A stretch of 64,000 nucleotides of DNA from an uncultured Thermoleophilaceae bacterium (GCA_963734165.1 CAVTFZ010000001.1:247546-311545); one strand, 5' to 3'; counted from the first letter of the stretch, positions 1-10,760 are shown. A program made the numbers and translations. Notes: a model not told the origin generated them from the letters alone.

Positions 1-819
1 CGCCGGCCACGAGACCTCGGTCATCCAGACCGGCGTGCTGCGGTCGCGGTGGTAGCGCATCACGCGGCGATAGAGCCGCACGATCCGCAGCGCCTGCGCC
101 ACCGAGCCCGTGTACACGTGCATCGCGGCGACGTCGAAGGAGCCGCGCGCGCCGGCACGGTAGAGGCGGCCCAGCGCGCGCCAGGAGGCGTTGGTCAGCC
201 CCGCCAGCACCACCCGCGCCCCGCGGTCGTGGCGCTTGACGGTCGCGTGGGCGCGCTCGAGCAGGGCCGTATAGCCGCGCGGCCAGGGGTCGCCGGCCGG
301 CCCCGGGTCCCACTGCCACGGCAGGTGCGGCTCGTTCCAGATCTGCCAGGCGCGCAGCGGCCGCGCGGGCAGCTCGGGATGCTCGGCCCAGAAGCTGCCG
401 CGCGGGCCGTAGCGGTCGACGAGCTGCCCGAGGTAGGCGCCGTAGTCGGCGGGATCGCGCGGCGGGGACGCCCCGCGATCCGGCAGCTCGCGCGCCCACT
501 CGGGCGCGTACATCACGATCGGCAGCAACTCGACCCCGCTGGCGGCCGCGTCGGCGACGACGGCGTCGGTGCGCCCGAAGTCGACCGGTCCGCCGTGCTC
601 GGGCTGCGCGTGGGCCCAGGAGAAGACGGTCCGTACCGCCCCCACCTCCGAGCGCTGCATCAGCCGGAACTGCTCGCTCTGCTGCGACGGCGACGCGCTG
701 GCGGCGGCGCGGTCGTAGGTGACGCCGAAGAACGCCCGCGGCGGGGCCGCCGTAGCGGCGGCGGCAGGGGCGAGCAGCGCCACCGCGGCGGCGAGCGCGA
801 CGAGGCTGCGCGGTGCCAT
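1..819 (-). CDS. Secreted glycoside hydrolase, clan GH-A (TIM-barrel) type; partial, C-terminus lies beyond the window edge
   Basis: Manual minus-strand translation from ATG at 817-819: MAPRSLVALAAAVALLAPAAAATAA (signal peptide) ... AWQIWNEPHLPW (NEP acid/base motif) ... PVWMTEVSWPA (nucleophile Glu). It stays in frame to base 1 with no stop, so it is absent from the ORF track. Confidence 0.7.
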   Translation of the reverse strand, partial: MAPRSLVALAAAVALLAPAAAATAAPPRAFFGVTYDRAAASASPSQQSEQFRLMQRSEVGAVRTVFSWAHAQPEHGGPVDFGRTDAVVADAAASGVELLPIVMYAPEWARELPDRGASPPRDPADYGAYLGQLVDRYGPRGSFWAEHPELPARPLRAWQIWNEPHLPWQWDPGPAGDPWPRGYTALLERAHATVKRHDRGARVVLAGLTNASWRALGRLYRAGARGSFDVAAMHVYTGSVAQALRIVRLYRRVMRYHRDRSTPVWMTEVSWPA

Positions 820-849
820 CGCGGGCACTGTAGCGACGCGGTTGCGCAA

Positions 850-873
850 AGAAGCGAATCGTGGTTCACTTCT
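850..873. promoter_or_regulatory. Imperfect inverted repeat AGAAGCGAA-N6-TTCACTTCT; candidate TetR operator
   Basis: Arms match at 8 of 9 positions. It sits in the 61-bp divergent spacer between the GH gene (start 819) and the TetR gene (start 881), ending 8 nt before the TetR ATG. Confidence 0.35.
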
Positions 874-880
874 TCACGGC

Positions 881-1534
881 ATGCCCTACCGCCCGACTCC
901 CAAGACCGAGGCGCGCAAAGCGGCCACGCGCGAGCGGATCGTCGCGGCGGCGCTCGAACGGGTCGCGGCGGAGGGCTTCGCCGGCGCCGGCGTGCAGGCC
1001 ACGGCCGCCGCCGCGGGCGTCGCGGTCGGCACCGTCTACCGCTACTTCCCGTCGAAGGCCGAGCTGTTCGCGGAGGTCTTCAACCGCGCCTCCGAGCGCG
1101 AGCTGGCCGTGCTGGTCGAGGTCTCGCGGGCGGACGGCCGCTCGGCGCACGAGCGCGTCGCGGCCGCCGTCGAGGCCTTCTGCCGCCGCGCGCTGGCGGC
1201 GCCGACGCTGGCCTACGCGCAGATCGCCGAGCCGGTCGACCCCGCCGTCGAGCAGGAACGGCTGCGCCTGCGCCGCGGCTACCGCGACGCCTTCGCGAGC
1301 GTGCTCGCCGACGGTGTGGCAACAGGCGAGCTGCGTCCGCACGACGAGCGCACGGTGGCGGCGGCGCTGGTGGGCGCGCTCGGCGAGGCGCTCGTCGGCC
1401 CGCTCGCCGAGGCCGGCAGCGACCGCCGCGGCCACGAGGCGCTCGTGGCGACGCTCGTGCAGCTGTGCCTAGACGCTCTCCCCACCCCCAGCGAGGCGCG
1501 CGCCGGCCTCCTCGAAAGGAGCTTGACCCGATGA
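881..1534 (+). CDS. TetR/AcrR-family transcriptional regulator
   Basis: Internal ATG of ORF 719..1534 (MPYRPTPKTEARKAATRERIVAAALERVAAEGFAGAGVQATAAAAGVAVGTVYRYFPSKAELF is the TetR HTH signature). The stop overlaps the next start (ATGA). Confidence 0.85.
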   Translation: MPYRPTPKTEARKAATRERIVAAALERVAAEGFAGAGVQATAAAAGVAVGTVYRYFPSKAELFAEVFNRASERELAVLVEVSRADGRSAHERVAAAVEAFCRRALAAPTLAYAQIAEPVDPAVEQERLRLRRGYRDAFASVLADGVATGELRPHDERTVAAALVGALGEALVGPLAEAGSDRRGHEALVATLVQLCLDALPTPSEARAGLLERSLTR

Positions 1535-3113
1535 GCATCGACACGACCCGCGACACGCACCAGGTCCTCAACCAGGCGCCGCCGCTGACCCCCTACAACG
1601 TCTTCGAGGCCGACCTGGCGCTGCGGGAGGCGCTCGAGCGCGAGGGTGGCGGCTGGGGCGTGGACCGCCTGCGCGACACCGGCCAACTTGCCGGCACCGA
1701 CGAGGCGGCCGCCCATTCGGACCGCGCCGAGCGCAACGAGCCGATCCTGCGCAGCCACGACCGCTACGGGCACCGCGTCGACGAGGTCGAGCTCGACCCC
1801 TCCTGGCACTGGTGCCTGCGCCAGGCGATCGAGCGCGAGATCCACTCGCTGCCCTGGCGCGACCCGCAGCCGGGCGCCCACGTCGTGCGGGCGGCGCTGA
1901 TGTTCACCTGGAGCCAGGTCAACGCGGGCGTGATGTGCCCCGTCTCGATGACCTACTCGGTGATCCCCGCACTGCGCGAGCAGCCCGAGCTGGCGGCCGA
2001 GTGGGAGCCGCGGCTGACGCGCAACAGCTACGACGACGGCGCGCTGGCAGGCATGGCGATGACCGAGAAGCAGGGCGGCTCGGACGTGCGCGCCAACACC
2101 ACGCGCGCGATCCCCAACGGCGACGGGACCTACGAGATCACCGGCCACAAGTGGTTCTGCTCCTACCCCCCGTGCGACGTCTTCCTGACGCTCGCCCAGA
2201 CCGACGCAGGCCTCTCCTGCTTCCTGATCGAGGGCCGCGACCCGGGCTTCCGCATCCAGCGCCTGAAGGACAAGCTCGGCACGCGCTCGCTGCCCTCGTC
2301 GGAGGTCGAGTTCCACGGCGTGCGCGGCTGGCTGGTCGGCGAGGAGGGCCGCGGCGTGCGCACGATCATCCGCATGGTCAACCACACGCGGCTGGACTGC
2401 CTGATCGGCTCGGCGACCTCGATGCGCTGGGGCACCGCCCAGGCCGTCCACCACGCGCGCCATCGCTCGGCCTTCGGCAAGCCGCTGGTCGAGCAGCCGC
2501 TGATGCGCAACGTGCTGGCCGACCTGGCGATCGAGTCCGAGGCCGCGACCGCGGTCGCCTTCCGCATCGCGCGCGCCTACGACGAGGCCGACGCGCCCCT
2601 TCCGCCGCTTCGCCACCGCGGTGATGAAGCACTGGGTCTGCAAGCGCGGCCCCCAGCACGCGATCGAGGCGCTGGAGTGCCTGGGCGGCAACGGCTACGT
2701 CGAGGAGTCGCGCATGCCGCGCCTCTACCGCGACAGCCCGCTGAACTCGATCTGGGAGGGCTCGGGCAACGTCTCCGCGCTCGACGTGCTGCGCGCGATG
2801 CTCAAGGAGCCAGAGGGCCTGCCCGCCTTCCTCGCCGAGTGCGAGCTGGCCCGCGGCGCCGACCAGCGCTTGGACGCCCAGCTCGACCGGCTCGCCGACA
2901 TGCGGCTCGGCCGACCCCGAGTTCGAGGCGCGGCGGATCGTCTCCGAGCTGGCGCTGACGCTGCAGGCGAGCCTGCTCGTGCGCAATGGCCCGCCGGCCG
3001 TCGCGGACGCCTTCTGCGCCTCGCGGCTGGCCGAGGGCGGCGGCCGGGTGTTCGGCACGCTGCCGGCCGGCGTGGACGCGGCCGCGATCGTCGAGCGGGC
3101 GCTGGCGGCCTGA
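1531..3113 (+). CDS. AidB-like acyl-CoA dehydrogenase; frame broken about twice
   Basis: MSIDTTRDTHQVLNQAPPLTPYNVFEADLALREALE...MTEKQGGSDVRANTT...GHKWFCS... in the frame of ORF 49..2958. It continues in ORF 2621..3169 (KHWVCKRGPQHAIEALECLGGNGYVEESRMPRLYRDSPLNSIWEGSGNV). The tail (DPEFEARRIVSELALTLQASLLVRNGPPAVADAF...ERALAA, TGA 3111-3113) is in the third frame, read manually. Breaks lie near 2595-2620 and 2905-2920. Confidence 0.8.
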
Positions 3114-3162
3114 GCTGTCAGCGCCCGCAGCGCCGCGAGGTGGGCGGTGCGCCGGGGCGCCA

Positions 3163-4194
3163 TCACTGACAGGTGGGAGCCTCCGGGATGGAGTATCTCT
3201 CGTCGCAGACGGTGCGCCGCCCGTACCGAGCCTTGAGCGTCTGCGCCAGCTTTCTGGAGCGCAGGGTATCCACCACGACGTCATGGGCGCTGCGGCTCAT
3301 GCCTCTGCGCGCAGGGGGCCGAATCTCGAGCACCTCGAAGACGAACCAGCCGTTCAGCGACTTGATCGGGCCTACGACCTCCCTGGGCCGAGCGGAGAAC
3401 ATGCTGCGACCGAAGGCGTCGTGGGGGGCGGTCGCTTTCTTGACTGTATGGGTGCCGGTCCAGTGCTGGGCGAACGGGCGGAGCCCGTAGCGGTCTTGAA
3501 CCGCACTCCAGGACTCGCCCTGGTCGAGCTGGCGGCGAGCCTGCTTGGCACTCGCAGGAGAGAGGGTCTGCAGGATCTGCAATCTGCGGACCTCCGTGGG
3601 GAGAAACAGCTCGTTGTTGGAGCGGGCGTGCTCAAGCACCTCCGCCTCGCTGACGGGCATCGCGGCCAGCAGCTTGTCGTAGAGGGCTCTTGCGCGGACC
3701 CTCTCGACCGCGCCGCGCATCTCCGGGCCGGGCTCGGCCTGGACTCGCGCAGCGAGCTTGAAGCCGCGTCGCAACGCCCTCTCGGCGGGACTGCCGGCAG
3801 CAGAGATTCCGCGTCTACGGGCCTCCCTGGCCACCCACTGCTCGTGCACCAGGTCGTCGACGGCTCTCGCGCGTGCGATGTCGAACTCGAACTCGCACTG
3901 GCCCTGGATGTCCTCGGCGGACTCGCCGGGACGCTTGGCGATCTTCTTGGCCGCCACGCAGGCCGGATAGTCAGGCGGCCCGAAGGTCTTGATGCTGCCG
4001 CCCTGCAGTTTGTAGTCGGCATCCATCCTGCTCCGCACTGCGGCGTCGCGAACCTCGGCCCCGCCGACTCTTGCCGCCACCCCCGCGGGCAGGGACACGC
4101 CGTCGTCGTCACCGCCGCCGCATCCGCCCAGGCCGATCCCGAGCCACGCCGCGATGAGAAGGGGAGGTACGATGCCGAAGAGCTTCATACTCAA
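3163..4194 (-). CDS. PrsA/SurA-like parvulin-type peptidyl-prolyl isomerase lipoprotein
   Basis: ORF 3163..4194. It has a lipobox (LGIGLGGCGGG) and a PpiC-type rotamase segment (FGRSMFSARPREVVGPIKSLNGWFVFEVLEIRP). The start may be TTG 4194 or ATG 4188. Confidence 0.65.
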   Translation of the reverse strand: MSMKLFGIVPPLLIAAWLGIGLGGCGGGDDDGVSLPAGVAARVGGAEVRDAAVRSRMDADYKLQGGSIKTFGPPDYPACVAAKKIAKRPGESAEDIQGQCEFEFDIARARAVDDLVHEQWVAREARRRGISAAGSPAERALRRGFKLAARVQAEPGPEMRGAVERVRARALYDKLLAAMPVSEAEVLEHARSNNELFLPTEVRRLQILQTLSPASAKQARRQLDQGESWSAVQDRYGLRPFAQHWTGTHTVKKATAPHDAFGRSMFSARPREVVGPIKSLNGWFVFEVLEIRPPARRGMSRSAHDVVVDTLRSRKLAQTLKARYGRRTVCDERYSIPEAPTCQ

Positions 4195-4275
4195 AGAGCG
4201 TAGAGCGCTCTATTAAAGCATCGCTAAACTTTTATTCTTTGCCTAATTAGGAAACGCGATCTTATGGCGGCGGCC

Positions 4276-7078
4276 CTATCGCCTCCCGCAGGGCGTTCCC
4301 ATCGCGGTGCGCCGGCTGACGCGCTTGCCGTTCTGGCCAGCGAGTTCGACGGACGCGACCTGCCTACCCCGGCACAGGCTCTTGCCATTCGTCACCACAA
4401 GGATTCCCTTGGCTCCTCCCTTGAGCGTGAGCTCGAAGCGCGACACCGGAGCGTCCGGAACCGACGGGAAGGCGCTGACCAGCTTGTCGCCCGAGATGGA
4501 CGTCCGAGCGCGGAGGTTGAGCGACACCTCGCCGCGCAGGGCGAGCAACAACGTCGGCAACGTCCTGATCGAGCGACCGGTCCGCTTGTCGATCCGCACG
4601 TTCTTGACGAAGTACACCTTGCCCGTCAGCGGCCGGTTCAGCAGTGGGGTGATCGCCTTCGCACTGCCGATGACGGAGGACTGCGGGCACCTCGGCTCGG
4701 CCTTCTGCCCCTCCTCGAAGGAGCAGAGCGAGTCCGATATCGCGTTCTCCGGGTCGAGCGCCAGGGACAGCGGCAGCTTGACCGTCGTGCCCCGGATGCC
4801 GGCCTGGGCGCGTGGCTGGGTGAGCACGGCCTTGAGGCCCGGGTGCCGGCCGTCGCGCGTCTGGCCCTTCCCGGTCAGCTTCACCGCGAGCCGGGGCGTG
4901 AAGCCCAGCGCGGCGCAGTCGCCGACTTGGAAGCGCGCGTTCCGATGCGACACGGCTCCCGCAACGGAGGCGAAGGTGGCCCCCACCTGCTTCGTCGCGC
5001 ACGAGGTCGGGTTCTTCGTGAACCGGGGCCGATCGACGTCAACGTCGATCGACCGGAGACGGACTGGCACGCCCTTCACGATGACCGGAAGCGGATCGGA
5101 GCGGACGACGAGATGGACGTCTTCCGGATCGACCAGGATGGCTTGGCGCACGACCACGACGCCGAGGTCGAACGGACCAGCTGACCACGCGCACGGCCAC
5201 CGACAGCCCGTACGGCCCGCCTCCGTAGGGACCGGTCAGCGAGACGAAGCCCTTGAGGTAGTACGGATTCGAGCCCGGCCCCGCTCCGACGGTTGCCGTC
5301 CCAATCCTGGTCGCCGCGGGGCAGCTGCCCGCCGCCGCGTCGGCGTCCGCGCACAGCGGCACGCCCTTCAGCCTGGCGAGCATCCCGCCGGGCATCTCCA
5401 ACGCGACGCCGCTGAGGTACTGCTGGCGATCGGGCCGGTCGACGCTCACGACGAACGGGGAGAAGGCGCCCGCGGTGGGACTGAGCGACCCGGCGGCGAA
5501 CGCAGGGTCGAAGCCGCCCATCCCCGGCACGCAGTCGATAGAGAACGAGTCGCTCAGGTGCACGGTCTGGCCCGCCCACGAGGTCAGCTCCGCCTCCACG
5601 GTCTTGGTTCCGCAGTCCGGAGGGGTCGCGAGCGGCGCCCGGGGCCCGGCCTTCAAGCGGAGCGAGATGGTCGAGACCGGCACCTGCGGGTTGTCGTCGA
5701 AGATCGTCTCGATCCGCCCGGAGGCGGGGTCGACGCGAACCTGGCCGGGCAGCTTCACCACGATCCCACGCTGCAGGTCCTGGACCGCCAGCAGAATCCG
5801 GAACATCTCCCCCGACGCGGGATCGCTGGACTTCTGCTCCCGCACGTAGAGCCCGCCCTCAAGCGGATCGTCAAGCACCGGCGTCGTCGCGGTGACCGTC
5901 CCGATCTTCGACTCGGCCGGGCACGCCGCCGGAGCGTCGTTGCCGATACCCGCCTCGGCGTCCGTGCACGCCTGCAGCCCATCGGCAGAGGAGGGCGAGA
6001 TCGTCATCCCGTCCGGCAGCGTCACCCGAGCTCGGCGCAGGTGGGCGGTCGCCAGGCCCTTCTCGCTCAGGAGACCGTCCTGGGGAAACGCGAGTTCCAC
6101 GGCCAGGCCCGAAGGCGAGTCAGGCAACGTCGAGTCGGGTCGAGCGGAGATCGAGGGTGCGAACGGCAGCTCCTCACAGCCCATCGGCCCTTGCGGCGGC
6201 CCCCATTGGGAGGGGGGAAGGGGATAGCCGGGAGGGTCATGAGACAGGAACGTCGCCTCGGCGAAGACGCCGGGATTCGTCCACGAGTTCGCGCGCAATC
6301 GGGTCTCGAGCGCCTCGCCCGGAGGGGGACAGCTCGTCGGCAGGGTCAGGAATGGCTCCCCCCGCTCGGTGAGGCAGCCAAAGACTGCCTGTCCTTGGCA
6401 CGCTCGCTGAGTGTCGTGCGAGGGGTCCGAGGGCATGCCCCAAAGCGTGAGCGTCGAGCCGACGACCTCGATGGCCTCCGACGTGTCGCGCACCACCGCT
6501 TTCACATGGTATCCCTTCTCGGCGGTGACGAAGGCGTCCAGGAATACCGGGACGCCGACGACGGTAAAAGCAAACGACGCGACCGCGCCCGGCGACGGCT
6601 CCAAGTTGTACACAGGCCAGGGTGGGAGCGAGCCGGTGTCGGGACCTTGGGCGATCTGGACAGTTACGAGACCTACCTGGCTCGATGGAGGACAGGTGAA
6701 TCCTCCAGTGGTCGTGATGAGGAAAACACCAATTGGACATTGCTTCACCGCCGACGGATTTCCGATCAGGCCGGAAGGAAGATCGACTTCGATGTCCTTG
6801 ACCGCGCCGCCATCCGGCGCGACATTGCCGGTGGAGTCGATGATCGTTTTCATGACAAAGGTGGTGGTCAGGTCATAGGGATGTCCGCCGGCTTGGGCGA
6901 ACGCCTCGCCAGCTTGGTCGCGAGCGGCGCCGTCGAACGCCGACAGGCCGAAGGCAGCATGCGCACTCGGGGCCAGCAGGACGCAGACCAAGAAGGTCCC
7001 GACCGTCCAGGCGATGCACGCACGGACGATCGACAGGGATCGTGCGGCCTCCCCCCTCAAGCTTCCCACCCCTTTCAT
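4276..7078 (-). CDS. Large (~930 aa) secreted protein of unknown function; one frame break
   Basis: ORFs 5039..7078 and 4276..5157 join across a break near 5178-5182 (...GLSVAVRVV | AGPFDLGVVVVRQAILVDPEDV...). N-terminal TM/signal is WTVGTFLVCVLLAPSAHA. No catalytic motif recognised. Its ATG 7076-7078 overlaps the stop of the upstream gene (ATGA). Confidence 0.6.
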
Positions 7079-9235
7079 CGACGCCCCGATCGGTGCGAGC
7101 GCCGCTTGGAGGGCTTCTTCACGCAGCGAGTCTTGCCACGAACCCGCTTTCGCACGAAGCCTCGCTTACACGTACGTAGGCGAGGCCTCGTGGCCCGACG
7201 CCGCCCCACGTTGCCGTGACCGTTGGACGTACGGGTGCTCGGGGCCGCCCTCTCCGGTATGGGCGCAAAGGCTCCTTGACACGATTCGCCCTGACACTCG
7301 GGCAAGGGGGCCGGCGGACCGGGGATCCCCCCGCCTATCCTGGCGTCGTAGAGGTCGAGGTATCCATCAACGTCTTGGCCGACCATCCGTGCGCGCGTGG
7401 TGAAGAACACGTCACCGCCATCGGCACTGGCGTCTAGGAAGGCCGAGTCTCCGCTGTCCTGTCCGCTCGATAGCAGCCGAAGGCCGTCATCGGCCCACTC
7501 GTACACGTCGACCGAGCCGTTCGTATCTCCCTGCACGAGCGCTTCGCCGCTGTCGAACACGACACGCCCAGCGCTCGATACGTTACGGCTGAGCCAAGGC
7601 GGCCGGGGGACCGTGAACCTGTGGTGCTTGAGGACCGCATCGCCCGTCGAGGAGTGCGTCCGGGGGTTGCAGGATACGCAAACCAGTGCGCTCCCAGCCA
7701 CAGCCTCGGCATCGAAGCGATAGAGCTGATAGTGACCAGCGGTATCGTATCCCGTCAAGGCACGGCGGGACAGGAACGCGATGTACCTACCATCGGCGGT
7801 CACCCGCGCGTCTCGGAATGCCGCATTGGACCCTGCGATGGCGTGGTCCCACACGCCTCGATCAGCAGCGAAGTCCACAGGCGGCGCCGGCGCCCCGTCC
7901 AAGGTCGCGACCAGTCGCACGCCCCCATCGGCGTCCCACAGGTAGAGGTTCGGCTGGTCCGGGACGGCACTCGGCGCCAGGACGCCGCTCGCCACGAAAT
8001 AGACCCTCGTCCCGTCCTCGCTGGCACCGACCGTCGCCACGACGCCGCCACCGGCTGGATCGCCAGTCGTCAGATCGGTCAACCGCTCGCCGTCGGATGC
8101 ATCCCCGTCCCAGCGGTACAGGTCGCAGCGCGCAAACGCGCACAGGTCGTCTCCTACCGAGCTCCCTAAGCCTCCGGCGCCGCCACCCGTCGCATCGTCG
8201 GTCAACTGCACGGGGCTGGCGAAGAAGGCGTGCGGAGCCGTCCGCGTTGCCAGCTGGAGACAGCGCCCCGCGCTAGGGCCGCTGGGCAGCCGCGTCAGAT
8301 CGTTGTCTCCGCCCGCAGGTGGGATCGCCTGCGCAGTCGGTCCGTTCCAGACGCGGACACGTGGACCGTGGCGCCCGCCGTTGCGTCGCGTGGGTCGTCC
8401 TCGCGCCGGTAGATCTCCCGATCCGGGTCGACAGAGGACGGCTTGGTCGTAAAGAACATCCGCGTGCCGTCCCTGGACACCGCGTACTCGCCCGGGTACA
8501 GCAGAGCCAGGGGAAGGGCGTAGCCCAGGACCGCACCGGGCACCACGCTCCCGTCGTCGAGCACATTGACGAGCCGCAGTTCGCCGTCGAACCACTGATA
8601 GAGGTACTCGCCCGGATCGACTGGCGCATCGGCCGTAAGGGCGCGCGACGAGCTGAACACCACGATCCGCAGGTCGTCGGACCCCCCCGCGAAGCGTGCC
8701 CCGAGCGTAGGACTTCGAGGGTCTTCCGGGGAGATGGAGACCGACGGTTGCGAGACCAGCGCGAAGGATCCCGTCTATGTCCCATCGCCACAGATTGACC
8801 ATCTGCGGATGACCGGCGTCCCGCGACCCCCATCCGCTCCCCAAGCCCGCGTTCGCCTCCGAAGCAACTGCCTCGAGGTGATGCAGGATCGAGAACGAGG
8901 GAAGCGGGTCGAGCGGCGTAGTGACGCTGGTCGTGGACCAACCGGCAGGCGCAGACTGGCGAACGCTGAGGAACTGGTTGAAGAAGTCCCCGAGCCAGCG
9001 CGTCGGGGGCGCGACCAAGGGATTGGTAGGCGACCGCTCCACCCGACTTCGCGGCGCGCGCCGAGCCGCCCACGTCGATGTCGGCTCCCTTGTTCGCCGG
9101 CGAGACCAGCTCGAGGCCTCGCGCCGGCATGGCCGCGTGGGCCTGCGCAGCGTGCGGTACACAGAGCACAAAGACTCCCAGCGCCGCAATACACACGGTC
9201 CTCAACCGTGCCCACGCCATGTTCATGTTCCTCAT
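7075..9235 (-). CDS. Secreted TolB/PD40-like beta-propeller repeat protein with Cys-rich, highly basic C-terminal tail; several frame breaks
   Basis: Fragments lie in three frames: the N-terminus of ORF 8273..9421, parts of ORF 7075..9189, and ORF 8295..8663. Signal peptide is MNMAWARLRTVCIAALGVFVLCVPHAAQAHA. There are repeated strands of the DGTRVYFVASG / DGRYIAFLSRR / DGTRMFFTT / GGDVFFTTRA type. The C-end is ECQGESCQG ... KRGFVRKRVRGKTRCVKKPSKRRSHRSGRR. Three in-frame ATGs (9220, 9226, 9235) are possible starts. Confidence 0.6.
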
Positions 9236-9336
9236 GTTCTCTCCCACCGCCCGGACGTTCATACCCAGCGAGAGACAGGTCTCAATCGCCAAAGCACCTA
9301 CCATACACAGTATCTTATCCAGATCATACACGGCGA

Positions 9337-9348
9337 CATTTGCAAATG
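9337..9348. promoter_or_regulatory. Perfect 12-bp palindrome CATTTGCAAATG in the upstream region of the beta-propeller gene
   Basis: Read directly. It lies about 100 bp upstream of the 9220-9235 start cluster in a visibly lower-GC spacer. Confidence 0.25.
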
Positions 9349-9366
9349 CAAACGCCTGAAATGCGC

Positions 9367-9392
9367 GAGGCCCGGCCATGTGACCGGGCCTC
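9367..9392 (-). terminator. Stem-loop (9-bp perfect GC-rich stem, 8-nt loop), likely intrinsic terminator of the 9494..10135 gene
   Basis: GAGGCCCGG-CCATGTGA-CCGGGCCTC. On the minus strand it is followed by GCGCATTTCAGGCGTTTGCATTTGC (T-containing tail). Confidence 0.5.
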
Positions 9393-9493
9393 GCTTCGGT
9401 GCCTTGGCGGGATATCCACACCTCGGCAAATCGTCTCTCGTTGCTATGACGCGTTTGTGACCGTCAGTCTTGCGTCGGCTCTTGTGTCGGGTC

Positions 9494-10135
9494 TCACTGT
9501 GTAAATCGCTGTGAATCTAGCAGGCCGCCCGCCGGGCAACCGAATCCGCCGACGACGGTGGTAGTAACCGATGCATCGGCCACGGTGAGTGATGTGGTTC
9601 TCTGTGTGTAGACAGCGTCAACTGACTGCACCGGCACTGTCAGGGTGCATGAAACACCGATGACTGTGATTCTAAATGTCAGAGCGCCTGAGAGGTTGAT
9701 GGTCCCGGTAGCTGATGAAGCCGCGAAAGTCCTGACGTGAACTCGCGAGGGTGTGGTTGAGTTGGTTGTGGGATCGCTGACTGAGTTCCCGTCGATCGTC
9801 CCGTTGCCAAAACCGGTGGCGACAACGCATGCGCCGGCTCTGCCGTCACCGAATGTGATGCTGGTGATCAGGCCCTGTGTGTGTGTAGCCGCGATGTAGA
9901 ATGAGGCGTGAGCGGTTCTGCACGACAGGGTGTTGCCGCTGAGAACGAAGGACGAGTCCGTGCTCAGCGCTGTTGACAGTGAGGTTGTTCTGCCAATGGG
10001 TGTGATGAACGGCGACACCGGGGTGGTGCCGCTTGAGGCTGTGATGTTTGGTGTCGCGAATGCCGGCGATGCAACGACCACGATCGCGGTCACGAGCACC
10101 AGTGCGACCAAGAGGCCGCTTCTGATCGATTTCAT
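9494..10135 (-). CDS. Small secreted protein, unknown function (Thr/Ser/Gly-rich, likely beta-rich)
   Basis: Internal ATG (10133-10135) of ORF 9494..10252, preceded by AAAGGA. MKSIRSGLLVALVLVTAIVVVASPAFA is the signal peptide. The frame is intact. Confidence 0.55.
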   Translation of the reverse strand: MKSIRSGLLVALVLVTAIVVVASPAFATPNITASSGTTPVSPFITPIGRTTSLSTALSTDSSFVLSGNTLSCRTAHASFYIAATHTQGLITSITFGDGRAGACVVATGFGNGTIDGNSVSDPTTNSTTPSRVHVRTFAASSATGTINLSGALTFRITVIGVSCTLTVPVQSVDAVYTQRTTSLTVADASVTTTVVGGFGCPAGGLLDSQRFTQ

Positions 10136-10736
10136 CGTAAGTGTTAATCCTTTCGCCCGCCCTGCCCATTTGCAGGCACGGGTTGGTGTAGTCAGCGCGC
10201 GTCGAATCGCTGGCGAGAGCCAGGAATCCCCACGCGTCTGCAGACGACCCAACGTCGGTGACAGTGCGTCTAGGCATCTCCTTTCCCACAGCCCCCGAGA
10301 GGGGCCGCGCCGCGATCTTCACTGCTACCCACCGCGCCTGCGCCATAGCAAGCCGTCCATAGGTCAGCAGTTCTAACTCGCACGATACTACACAAGCAGT
10401 GGAGATACGTCAATAGGATTGAAGTCTCCAGAGCTGTCTGGCCTCGGCGTGAACCCAGCAGTCCGGCTCGCCTAATAGAGAGAGAGTGTTTCTGGATTCG
10501 CCTGTGTCATCTCACTACTCGCAGGAAAAGGCAGCTTAGAGCCCAGATCAGCGCGCTCGTGGTCTTGGGGCACTAGCGGGGACCTGGCATTTGCTCGACC
10601 GCGATAGCGGATGAGCTTTGCTGTCTAGGGAAGAAACCACCAGAGTCCGGGACCGAGCGAGCCCACTGGATGAGAGAGGGCCTCAACCGGCCGAGCAGGC
10701 GCAGATGCCGATGCAGCGCAGCCGCAAGGGTTCCTC

Positions 10737-10760
10737 GGCCGCGCCCATATGGGCGCGGCC
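10737..10760 (-). terminator. Perfect 24-bp palindrome/hairpin GGCCGCGCCCATATGGGCGCGGCC downstream of the EEP gene
   Basis: Read directly. It starts 24 nt after the stop at 10784. Confidence 0.45.

Noticed and set aside
49-2958. Very long ORFs in the track, such as 49..2958 (+), 4307..7219 (+), 32020..34074 (+), 51745..54369 (+), 57605..61315 (+), 1279..2691 (-) and 14713..16476 (-).
   Set aside because: Their translations are Arg/Ala/Gly/Pro-rich low-complexity strings, typical of off-frame or antisense reading of high-GC genes. They overlap genes with clear family motifs on the other strand or frame. Only short sections of some of them (the AidB-like part of 49..2958, the GH N-terminus in 51745..54369, the Rpf-like end of 57605..61315) are real coding sequence.
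3114-3170. CTGTCAG ... CTGACAG inverted elements between the convergent AidB-like and PrsA-like genes, considered as a bidirectional terminator.
   Set aside because: The arms are only 7 nt with a loop of more than 40 nt and poor extension of pairing, so the evidence is too weak to call.
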